From: Styela clava
Taxonomy: Eukaryota
Assembly (NCBI RefSeq): GCF_964204865.1
Contig: NC_135264.1
Span: 8,618,001 to 8,682,000, forward strand
DNA: 64,000 bases
Reading direction: 5' to 3'
In this document: piece by piece, positions 1 through 11,700 of the stretch
Layout: the number at the start of each line of letters is the position of its first letter
Numbering within the stretch: position 1 is the first letter of the stretch
The notes under the pieces: model-generated
Told to the model about the DNA's origin: nothing
Seen by the model: the letters and a program-made list of their open reading frames with translations, nothing else
The model's database searches: none
Position numbers and translations under genes: made by a program

Positions 1-1067
1 CAGGAAAGATCCGAAATTTTGAAACGAACGATTTCATGGTATTCAAAGTAAAACAAAAAGTGGTAAGGGCGTCTTTTTCAACATTATTTTGCTCTATTCA
101 AGAGCTATTACTGATAATAATTGGCCGTTTCGGGGCTTACTATCAATTCATCCTCCAAATTAATCATCCGATTTGACAAAAATGCGCGATTGTATAATCT
201 GGAGAACTCGGCGGTGAAGTAAGTCTATAAAAGGGATTTTAACGTAACGTTAAATATCAGTAGCTGCTTATATATTGCCTTGTTTGTAGCAAAATCGGGC
301 AAATAAGCATCCGTAATACGTCATATCAAAAAAAATGGGTTGCCAAATTTTGGGCTGGCTACGCTCTTACCGATGTGAATAAAGAAGTCGATTATCACGG
401 AAACATCAATTCTTATCAATACTTGGGAGTATAAGATTGGGATTTCAAATTTGAAATTTGGGAATAAAAAATGAAAAAAAGTTCACACATTTATTTCTTG
501 TAGAAACTAAGCATAAACAACAGACAGGCTAAAAATGGATGTTTTGTACAAAGCTTCCACCAACGCTTAAAATGAGAAAGTTAGTAAGTATTCAGTTAGA
601 AATGCATATTGCGGATGCCGTCCTTGCAGGTTATAATTACCTGGTACCCGACTTCCTTCTTGTGTGTTGCCAGCGGTCTGGTTCGTGCCACTGACGCCGT
701 CCTACCAACTTCAGTTCAGTAACTTCAGTTACTGGCTTCTTGACTTCTTTAATGTGTTTTTGCTTACTCTGCTTTCTGCCACTGACCCGGTCCTTCCTAC
801 TCTGCCTAGTTCACAACTAACTTCCTTCCCGTGTCATGGACGTTCTGTCCTTTACGCTCAGAAGTGTCGAGGCCGCTCTGAAGTGTCGCGGAAATGAAAG
901 AGTGTGGAGAGAGAGAGTAAAAACCAGCGAGTGCGAGTGCGGTCTCAGGGAGGGAAACAATAAAAACGAGCAAAAAATGAAATATGTCGAACTCGGCGAC
1001 TAGGCCAGTCCAGCTATTAATCGGCAGAATTGCAGGAAAAGAAGAAAGTTAACAAGAGTAAACAAAC

Positions 1068-1235
1068 CATGGACATTTGCACCCCGTAATTTTGAAACCG
1101 TGTTGTAACATTCGCGTAAAATTGCACCCTCGTAATTTTGCAACCGAGTACATTTGCACCCGCGTACTTTTGCGCCCATGGACATTTGAATCGACGTGCA
1201 ATTGCACCCACGTACATTTGCATATGCACCCTCAA
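1068..1235. repeat. Degenerate short-period minisatellite (ACATTTGCACCC-like units)
   Basis: Repeated catttgcaccc / aattgcaccc / ttttgcaacc / ttttgcgccc units about 17-18 bp apart; ccatggacattt occurs twice. Confidence 0.6.
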
Positions 1236-1329
1236 ACTTTCATGCGTTGAAAAATTACACTTATGAATCTTTTTACCCATGTATATACCCACTCATAACC
1301 ACGCAATTCCTAATTATGTACAGGGTGTT

Positions 1330-1845
1330 GAAGATGAATTGAAGGGAGTAAAGTAATTACTGACGTGGAATATGAAAAAGAGAACTTTGCTATGTATTTG
1401 CGTGGTGCATTATCGAATTATATTAATTGACGCTATAGTTCAAGGAGTAGAATGGTGCGAATTACTAGCGTTCGCATATAAGATATGACTAAGTATTTGA
1501 CTTCGGTACGAACCAATATGGCGGACGCCGGGACGAAGTGTGTGCACCAGGTCAGGGTCAGACCATAATTTTATTCCAATTTTCCTTACTGAGTTCGGGG
1601 ACTATCCAAGTGACTCCCTTAATATTTGTTCCTGAAATTATGCCCTAATCCTAAAGTGGTACATATACTACGTCCCGCCATCTTGGTACGCATACTTAGG
1701 AAGCACCGACTTTCGTGTCCATATATTTGAGTATCGTTCTCTTATTAATTAAAATTTAGTCTGATGGTGAAGATGAATAGAAGGAGGTAAAGTAATAGCT
1801 GACGTGTAAGTATTTGCGTGGTGCAATATCAATTGACGCAATACT
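1330..1845. repeat. Local diverged direct duplication (about 1330-1437 vs about 1769-1843)
   Basis: gaagatgaat..gtaaagtaat..ctgacgtg..gtatttgcgtggtgca..attgacgc is present in both places, on either side of the MITE-like element. Confidence 0.65.
1489..1699. mobile_element. MITE-like non-autonomous element with imperfect terminal inverted repeats
   Basis: Left ctaagtat..accaatatggcgg..gggacgaagtgtgtgcacca is the inverse of right tggtacatatactacgtcccgccatcttggt..atacttag. The internal ccataattttattcc..gttcggggact is shared with the array at 46514-47064. Confidence 0.65.
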
Positions 1846-4691
1846 GCAAGAAAGTATTGGCTGAAGCAATGAGGTAGCTAGTGGCACATTGTAGAGAGCG
1901 TATATGCTGTAGGCAATATGCTTTGTGTATGAAAAAAAATTTTTGCCAAATGCAAATCGAAATAAAGATCGCAGAAAATCGACTTTTTCAAAGTATACAA
2001 TGTAGTAAATTTCTACTAGGCTCTGAATAGCGAGCGACTCATACAAAAATATTTTATCGTTGATTAAATCTGTTGGCGCTTTTCTAATTCGGTGTTAGCA
2101 AAATGTAATTCGGTGACGTTTCTATGCAGACAAACTTAATCAAGGAACAATGATCTGGAAAGAGCGCTGGCGTATAGTGAAAAATATTATCACAGGGCGA
2201 AATCAAATCTAGAAACACGTTAGCGCTTTATTTATAGGACATTCTTCAAATTCCCCTCTTTGTTCATGTGTCGCAATTCGAGAAATATTCTTTTCCTTTG
2301 GTGTGTCTGAATTGCTGAATCAATTAACTGGCCAAGTTTAATTTAAATCGCCAATCCGAATCAATATGAAAGATAGTTCCCAGGTTATTCATTCATAATG
2401 CGAAGTCTTGAATAATTAGAAAAGCCATAAGCAACTGGAGCAGTGGTTACCAAACTTTTATTATCGTAATACCCACAGTCTGTACGGCGAAGTATGTTAT
2501 GATATCCATACAAACCTTGTAACTATATGACCAGGCTCATTGACTAGATGCGAGCACCGAATTTCCAGCTTTTTCGCGGAATATAATATCCCAAGGATTT
2601 CTCAATTCTTTTTCTCATAGAATTTAGCCGAATCGTTTAATTTTAGCAAAATCGCAAAAGGGTTATTTACCCTGCACACTGAACACAGATCTGCATATTG
2701 AATTTTAACGCTTTTTTCATTTTGTCATTACTTGTGACAGGAGCCTTTATAAGTTAGGTAGAAGTTGCCAGCGCCTATTTTTTATATAATTTTTGATAAA
2801 ACTATAACGCACTATATTGTTTTTGTTTCTAATAAATACGTGCCTCCCGCCTTTACACCATGTATCCGAACTAAAAGTTAGTAACTGAAAAGTAAACCAA
2901 CGAAGGAGTAATATTATTTAAAATTTTCAGAACAATCAACAGCTTACATTATAGGATGTTTGTTCCAACCGCGAGGTGACGATGAAGAGTTTTGAAAATG
3001 TCGTTGTAGAATCAATCGAATGATGCAGGAGAATAAGCATCGAAAAATTATTGAATCAATATTTTATTTAAAGGTTCAGTCGTGATTTGTAACTATTGTT
3101 TTATGCGGTTTTTAGCGTTTTATGTTGGTCAAAAAGTAACTTATAGTGGAGTGTGTAAATTCATCTGATGTACATGAAATGCTTTTCACTCTGACCACGA
3201 TTCATTGAAGATCCGATTGGACAGATCAGTGATAATTTAAAGCGAATCTACTTGTGAACTGTGGTATCTAGTGTGGTAACTTCAATACAGAACTCCAACT
3301 ACAACTCGGTAAAATATCGATAAAATAAGATTAGTTTAAGTTCATACCTATCATTGAGATTATGAAATTTATACGACCCTTGCAAATATCTTACATTTGC
3401 GTTGTGATAAACACAAGTGAGCAATTATACGAGTAAACTGAAGTACGTTGCAGTTAAATTTTCTAGTGGAAACCGCTAAAGATTGGAGATATATTGAATA
3501 GTCTGGTCTCATGTAATAACAACATTTCTTTTTCATGGACCGAACATTCTTGTTTAATTTTGAAACACAGCTCTCTAGTAGGTCGATCACCCTCAATCAT
3601 TGTTGTTGTAGGGTTGTAGAGATTGTATCAAGGTATAAATGAAAGTGAAGAAATTTCCAAATCAGGAAAAAACTTCTTATATTCAGGAAATTCAAAGATT
3701 AGTCAATCGGAAAGAAACGTCGACCGCGCTCACGGGGTTCGTAAAGGTCACTTCCTCCCTCAGATTTCAGCAACTTTCTGTTTTCTCATCTGATGTATTC
3801 TGATCGCACACTAGACAATATTTTACCTAAATTTCCTCTTTATTCATAAAGCCATCACGCATTTGTAAAGCAGACGAAAGAAGTTGTAAATTATGCTTGA
3901 TTTTATGTCATCGAAAAATCACCCCTTGAATGTGTTTGTTCGAGGAACTTCGATGTTACATTTTGAAAAATTGGATTTCATCTTTGACAATTTCTCAGGT
4001 CGCATTTAATAATTTGAATTCAGACATTTCCGGGGTCAGCAGACTTTCATTTCCTCATAAAGGATGTGAGTTCAGCCGCTGTCTTCCTAATCCCATCATA
4101 TAGAAGTATGAGAACAGAATAAAATAATAATATCAAATGTGATATATAGGCAATATAATTTGGAAACAAGGTTAAAACACTGCACTATTGAACGATTTTC
4201 AGAGTATGAGATCGAATAGGGAATCCGCGTGGAATGCTCCACCCACGCATTATTTTCGTCCATAGGTAACAGTCTCGTGAAATGACTATTCGCAATAAGC
4301 TAATTTCATATATCACAAACAGTCCTGTCATTTTGAAGCGCCGTTAGTTTGTTTTCAATAAATTAAACTACAACTATAATGTCTCATAGTTGTCAAACCT
4401 GTAACCGGTACCCATATAATACCGCGTATAATATTTGTTTTTTTGGACGAATGTGTGACATCTTGCGGCATAGCCACTCTTGCATGAGTCATGTACTTAC
4501 TATTTATTGTGGGCCCATTTGCAATATTTCTAATCAGAAAGGTTCTTTGAATGAATAAATTCTTTTGAATTTATATCACGATTTTGTAAATATGTATTCA
4601 TTAATATAATTCTAAAACTAAATCATTTCTGAGTCTTTTCCAGATTAACGCAGCACCACGACTCTTCACTTAGAACAGTCATCCTTAGTTT

Positions 4692-4798
4692 TGATGTAGC
4701 ATCGCTTCACGATTGTGCGTGTCATCCTTGCGCAGGGGCCGTGCTAATCTTCTCTGTATCGTTCCAATTTTTTCATATGTACACTCGAAAGTAGTAGC
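4692..4798 (-). ncRNA. U6: U6 spliceosomal snRNA-like sequence (divergent variant or pseudogene)
   Basis: Reverse complement reads ...ACATATGAAAAAATTGGAACGATACAGAGAAGATTAGCACGGCCCCTGCGCAAGGATGACACGCACAATCGTGAAGCG, near-identical to the metazoan U6 core (ACAGAGA box, AGC triad, ISL). A 5' UUCG stem-loop is present; there is no 3' oligo-T and no TATA at about -30. Confidence 0.9.
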
Positions 4799-7700
4799 AT
4801 CCTTGCACGCACATGGATCCTCGAATGCAAAGGCAAGGGAGGATAGGTATAGTTAGTTTCGTTTATCCCAATAGATACAACAACTATATATATTATCTAT
4901 ATATTGCAGTTTTGATATATAGTTCGTGAGGTACTTTTTCAATTTTTTTCAACTTGAAATCAACAAATCCCCGTCCCTGACTTTGATTCGATTTTTTCAC
5001 GTCAAGTTTTAGGTCGCATTATTATTTGTTATTGTGAATAACATTAATTTTTTTCAAATATGACTTCCGTAATCATTCACGGGCACCTTGCTGAGTTGAA
5101 TAAATTAGATATCTAGATTTTTCAAAGGCGGAGACTTTGATCTGAATATGCTACGGGAAATTGGTTATGCGAGACATCAGAAACTTTTGGTAGCTCCGGT
5201 AATGGATTATCGGATTATGATATCGCCAGATCAACACCAAAGGAATTCTTATGTCAATCGCACATTGATTAATAGACACCGTATCATTTAATAGCGTACA
5301 CAAATTGAAAATATAAGCAATTGCGGACCATATGTGGGACGCGTATTGTGATGAGAATTTCAATGACCGACCATACATGAATCAGTTAATATGAACAAGT
5401 CTATGTTGAGTGGGTAAATGGAATCTTTTAGAAACGAACACTGAGCTGAAGTCGAAAAGCTAGCAAAGAAAACATGGCAAAAGTGTATTTGCTTTTCAAT
5501 GCGACGCCGTTTACAATTTGATAGCGAAATTGGGAGTGTTTGGTTTCCGCTGAATAACCTGTTTGTGATTTACATATTGGGGACCAAGGTATTTCTAATA
5601 AGTGGATTAGGCAGGTATTTGGGTATTTGCTCAACACTTGAGCGTTTTTCAATGATTATGAAGAACTATAATTTTCATGACTACATACGCTTCTTACTAG
5701 TATGAAACAATCACACATTATTATACTGTAATGAAAATACTAAAATGATATGACAAACATTTAATCGAACGTTTAATGCAAGCTGCCATATTTCAATAAG
5801 ATATGTCGAAACAAACCCATCAGTGGTCTTCCAAAATAAATAGTATATCATAATAAAAACTTAACACAACAAACTACTGCACAGAAAGTGACTTGTTCTA
5901 TCATCTCTAAACTGTGTGGAAAAGTATCAAAAATGTCATTTCAATATTTCTGTTTTCAATATCTTTGATGGATAGTTTTATTTTCACGTCTTTTGGTTCA
6001 TATGGTTTTATTTCTTCGTGACAATGAAGTTCTGTATCTATTAATAATTTATTACTATTGGAAAGTCGGGCGATCATCTGTTCTAAGTTGCATTTTGATT
6101 AGTATAGTATACAATTTCTACAATGAGGGTCTCTGAGGTTATAAAAAGATCTTGATATCTAATACGTTTTATCAACAATAAAAAGTGTTTTTATTGAATC
6201 AATAGTTAACGAAAATCACACACGCCTTATGACAATGTGATCTTATATCACAGAATAAGATAAAAGGGGCGGCGCACCTTTGTACCCTTTGGGTACAAGG
6301 GTTTCGTCTGACAGGCGAGAATGCCTTGTGAACAAAAGGTCCCGATGCCGGATTACTCTAACACCAACCAGAAAAAGTGATTTTACTACGATTTATACGT
6401 TAGAATTAAAGTATGTTGTATGGTAGAGATTGAAAATATACAGGAATGCTTGCAATAAAATTTTTAATAGATTATTATGCTACATCAAAACTTCTCATTG
6501 AAGTGCTTCTCGGAAAGATTTTGTTTATTACTATGGTTAAATACAGTATAAGTTTACAAAAATCTAGCCTTTATCGCGAGTATTAGTCTGTATAAAGTGT
6601 CCAGGGTGTTTGTTTGATTAGGCTAACGTATCCATTGGTCTATAAATGCGTCATTTTAGGCGTGGATTGTATATCGAAGGTTGAGAAGAAAAAAAATTCT
6701 ATCTCTTGTGATGTAAAATATAGATTTTTAAACTATATACTTTGGAAGAGTTTTGTTAGAAACACCATTAATTTGAGAAGCAATTTTTTTTTTCAAATCT
6801 TGGATCCGTTAGAAATAAAAAAATTCTTAGAAAGAGCCAGTGTTGGATTTCAGCAAGGAACAGTACGTTGAATAGAAAGTAATAATAACACTTGCTGGAT
6901 AATATGTGATTTGTATTAAATAACATTGCACGTAGAGAGATATTCAGAATTGGTTACTCGCAAATACTTCTCCCGAAATAAAAATCACTCTTTTTTTTAT
7001 AAATGACTTCCCAGTACAGTAAAATTAAAAAATTTTGAGTTATTAAAACTAATTTCACGCACTCAAGAAATAAGGATTTATAAACTTAGCAATTTATGGA
7101 ATGTGAAAAACTTAGAAATCAATAATATTAAAACCAGGAAGGATATTCACTATAACGATGTAGAGTAAATTAAGTAATATTTCCGATATTAAAATGAAAT
7201 GGATTTTTCAAATTACGTTATTTTTATATCAACTTTTTATCGCTAACATTTTTTCGTATAATCTCAACAAACCCCGGAATAGCGTTCGTTCATTCGATCA
7301 CTTAGTTGCCAAAGCAGCGAAGGAGCATTACCGTGATGCCAGATATTAAATTAGGCTGTTAAAGACTTTGATTTTGTCGTCTACTATCGAATCCACAGGG
7401 GCTATCAAGGTATTCGCGATGTAACAGCTGCTACTGAAAACGCTAATGGCATCCGCACTCCATATGCGTTCAAATCATTTGCAGCCACAATGGCGGGACT
7501 TTGCGGTGTCGCTGCCGTATCCAAATTAGACACTTACTCAAAGTTACACCGAAATGTTAAATTGATGAAGTGTTAAGTGGAACTTTCCCGGACAAATTAA
7601 AGTAATATGTAAGGTTTCATTCACGTTTAAACTTGAATTTGAATTTCGTAAAATGGTTTTGCTGCTCGATTATTTGATAAAACTTTGTTTTCTAGATTTG

Positions 7701-8376
7701 GGAGTTTTTGTCCCAATTTTTAAGGGATGCCGTACAGTGTTTTGATATACGTATATACCCAAATAAGTTATTAAAAAACATTTCAAATTGTTTTGTCTGT
7801 TGGTGAGGTCCGTAGACCACATGCAGGGTTAGTTTTAAAACTATCACAGATTAAATAATTCTGTCTGCTTTTCGTGTCTGGTTTATGCAAGTAATATTTG
7901 ATCAAATGTGACATTCTGAACTTTAAACGAAATCCTCTTAGGGACTTGATTGCTGCGAACCCTCATTTTATCATCATCTCAAGTAGTCTGAGCTCGAGGT
8001 ATACTGATAAGAGTTCGACTGTGACATTTATCTAGCACTTTAAAATGCGTTCTTTCAAAACGCAAATTGAAAATAAATGAGGAAATAGACAGATTATTTC
8101 AAAATATTTTGATTGCTTTGGTGGTTTATTTATGTCTACGTCCTTACAGTGAAGTAGTTGATTCTGTATTGAAATGAGATACCGAAGCAGAATTATCTTT
8201 GCAAATACCTTAATGCATCGTACTCTGTGAAATCAGAACCTAACATTAGGTATTGGTCCGGTATAATATGTAGTAGGCCTACGTGTTAATCGTGTATGTG
8301 TTTTTACATAGAATAGTTTCTAATACATTTATTAAAATAAGTTAAAGATGTACCTGGATGTATTTATATCCTGATT

Positions 8377-8758
8377 ATGGAATCCACAAATTCAGAATAT
8401 GCAGCAAGTGCGGTAGACTACAAGGAGTTCGCAATAAAAGCTATGCATTCTCTAATTAACCGTCAACAAATCAAGCAATACACAAAATGCAAAACTGTCG
8501 AAGCGAATCGACACAGAGAATCAAGATATTTTGTAAATTGTCGTAAAAATTCTACGCTAAGAATTAACACATTCCCTAGGAGGACGAGCTTCATTAACTT
8601 TCCAAGTTGCATGAAATGGATCATTGTTACATCACAAACAACTCACTGGAACATGCGATTGATGAATATTTTGGCGGGAGTTATCTTCGTAACGTTATTT
8701 TGTGGATATTGTGTAACAGCCCAGGAATCGCTAGATTTTAGGAAGGATGTCAGACTGG
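8377..8758 (+). CDS. LAMA1/2: Laminin alpha candidate first exon A (signal peptide)
   Basis: [35 protein letters not shown] (ATG 8653; frame open from ATG 8377) ends at G|GTAAGT, phase 1. Joined to 25823 it gives [12 protein letters not shown], matching the vertebrate alpha1/2 N-terminus (..RGLFPA.LNLA). Confidence 0.75.
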
Positions 8759-11700
8759 GTAAGTCTTAATCCCGTATATTGCTCAAATGTTCGATTGTAA
8801 CGAGTCATTATAAAAAAAAAAATATGGAAAATTAACGCCACTGTTGAGCCCATCGACTCGAACCAGTTTATCGTTTGTTTGGTATTGTAATTGAGGATTG
8901 TTTGTAAACATCACTCCCTTTTATCTACTCGCATTTCAAACTTTACTGTAAACACATTGCAAACAATTTCTATGTACTGTATTATCGCCATACTTTTGTG
9001 CCATCGTTGAATAAGTGACAATATGCAAACTGGACGCACATTTAGTGATTATTTTACTAAGACATTGGGTGTACAGCAGTGGGCCATTGCGAATCCGGGC
9101 GTAGACAGACTGATTGTACACGACGCCCAAAAGGAAATAGTGGTCGTACCTGAAACAATTTGTCGGCAACATGAGAGGAAAATTTACGCAATGAGAACTT
9201 TAATGTATAGACGAGTCTGCTTATCACGACAGATTCAAAACCGATTATTTGGAGTCCGGTGTTCAATTCGGAATCAGGTTACGCATAATCTTACGCACAA
9301 ACCAATTACTTGATAATGAGAACTTGAACGATCTTACCAACACACGTAAGCTTGATATCATCCAAGCACTAGAAAGGAATTATTATCAATAAAATAATTG
9401 CGGTTTGTCAAATTGATAGGAAATGAATCTTGACTATATATTTTAGTACTGAAATCACTATTAATTGCTAATAACAATTGTAAATGGAATATTTTGGCAT
9501 TTTCGGTTTTGTTTCGTGGTATCAACTCAATTTACTGCAAATTGTGGATATTGTAGAATTACGACATGTGGCGCGCCATTGGTGGACGATTCAAATATCA
9601 TTGTAGAGCTAAACTGACGTCACTGTATCTAGTTTCACAAATGTGCGCTGCTGTATTTCATTCCCACAAGTTAGTACGGAACCGCCATTGAGAAAACACG
9701 CTTCAGTATTTTCTTTAGACTCCACATGGGGTTTCAAAGGCATTCTATACCGCTGAAACAATTCCACAACGCTGTCATGGATTGTGAGTACACGAGTACG
9801 AACAACGTTGTGCAATATTAGATTTTATTAGTAATTGTCTGAAATATTTTGTTGTCGTCTTGTAAACTTTGTGGCAAGTAAACAATACTGATATGCCGCC
9901 ACATTTTTATCCAGACAAGGAAACTGGATCGAAATCCATGTTTTCTCTGACCCTAACAATAAAACAAAGTATATGAAAGGGCACAAAAACAATTGAATAC
10001 AACGTGATAGTATTTACAAAGCATGTTTACAGGTGCTGTGGAAATATACACCGTGGTTACCTCACTTGATGTAACCCATGTATAGGGTTTTAACGACTAG
10101 TGAGTTAAATTCGAGTCGCAATGCCGTTCTTTCTATTCCTATTTCCTCTATCTGGAAATATACATGAAATATTGATAATACGTGTTACAGTTAATACACG
10201 ATTCATTCCGTATAGTCAATTAAAACATAAAATTCTCTGAATATGAATCGCGATTTTTGTGCTATTAATAACTGGTTAACAAATAGAATGGTCACGTAGC
10301 GTTAATATAAGTCAATATCAAATATTTGATGATGGTGGATTTTTCATGAAGATATAGCGACATATAATAATGAAAACTCGTTGAGGTATTTTGTTACGAA
10401 AGACTTTTGTGTTTTATCCTCGTAAATTAGTATTTTCTATATGAATCCAATTACCATAAATAGTTTGAATCTAAATTATAACATGCCATGTGGAGCAAGA
10501 GTAAAATATGAAGTAAATGCAATGCTGAAATAAAATCATAAACGTTGAAAAATACACAAAACGGCCCAATTCGCCACGTTACTGTAGTAAATTGAATTGA
10601 GTCTTTGAAAGTCAAGCGCATATGAACCGAAGCAAATCTTTTATGATTTTGAATTTGTATATATCACATTTGACAAATATTTCGTTGTATTTAGTTCAGC
10701 ATGGACACCCAGTAACATTACTAAGAATGTCAAAACTGTGCCAAATCTAAAATGTGAAATCTTACAAGGAAAACAATATTAGTAAAAAATGACATATTCC
10801 ACGTATGTGACTCTCTGTGAACGTAGATCCTGTACATGTGTTGTCATAATGTCTCGACCTTGAGATAGAACAAACACAAAAGAACACAGACCCGATAATC
10901 TTATCGTTCACCTTTTGTGTACAACTATTCTTTGCCTTTGATGGTCGAAATTGCCGCATAATCCCAGCCTATTGCCGCGGCAATGTAAACTTTGGAACGG
11001 AAAGTTGACCGTGTTTCTTTAGCTACTACCCCAATAATCTCCCCCTACCGTCTAAACGGCACAGGGTACAGCCAGCCCTTTGACACGTAATAAAAGAGCA
11101 TTAGCGTCGCTTGTCATTCCATTGCGTTTCCGAGCCTTTGTTGTATTCCTCGAAATTGGACTGGGGGATTTATCTCCGAAATCTGTTATTTTAGAGTCAG
11201 ATTAAATAACTCTATATTATAAATCTGCCTATATTAATATCTTTCTCAGTATTCACGAAGCCAGAAAACTGTGCGAAATAAAGTAGGGTATGAAATATTT
11301 TATAGTGCATACGGTACGGAATTTGACTATATTAGCACCGAACATATAATCACTTGCTAAATCAAATCAGGCTTTAAATTTTTATTCCCTTTGTTAATGC
11401 ATTTTTTTCATACTTACTCATAATAATGTATATAACATTTCTACCAAGTGATAAAATAATAGATGACAGCATATGACACTACTTGAAAATACATTTGGAG
11501 TTATGAAATGACGATACTGGTAATGTCATTCGCGTTCGCAATAATATCTATATATTCACCTAACGTGTATGCACTATTTTCCTATGGTCCCAATATGGTT
11601 CATGATCATCAAGATTGCACTGACCTTTGACCATAGATGGTCGTAATTAAATGAGAGAGCCATAGATCACCGAAAACGGGAAGCTATAACCTGCATGTCG

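Noticed and set aside
601-1010. Pyrimidine/purine-skewed, GC-elevated stretch with a minus-strand donor-like site near 640 and ORF 664-897
   Set aside because: No recognisable protein in any frame and no partner exon visible. It could be a non-coding exon or a repeat, but this cannot be supported.
6265-6330. Hairpin ACCTTTGTACCC-TTT-GGGTACAAGGGT next to minus-strand CGAAAC, suggesting a hammerhead ribozyme
   Set aside because: The CUGANGA core is absent (CTGTCAGA), there is no stem II, and the cleavage triplet would end in G.
9023-9313. 96-aa ATG ORF just downstream of exon A
   Set aside because: No signal peptide, no recognisable domain and no phase-1 donor that fits the laminin.
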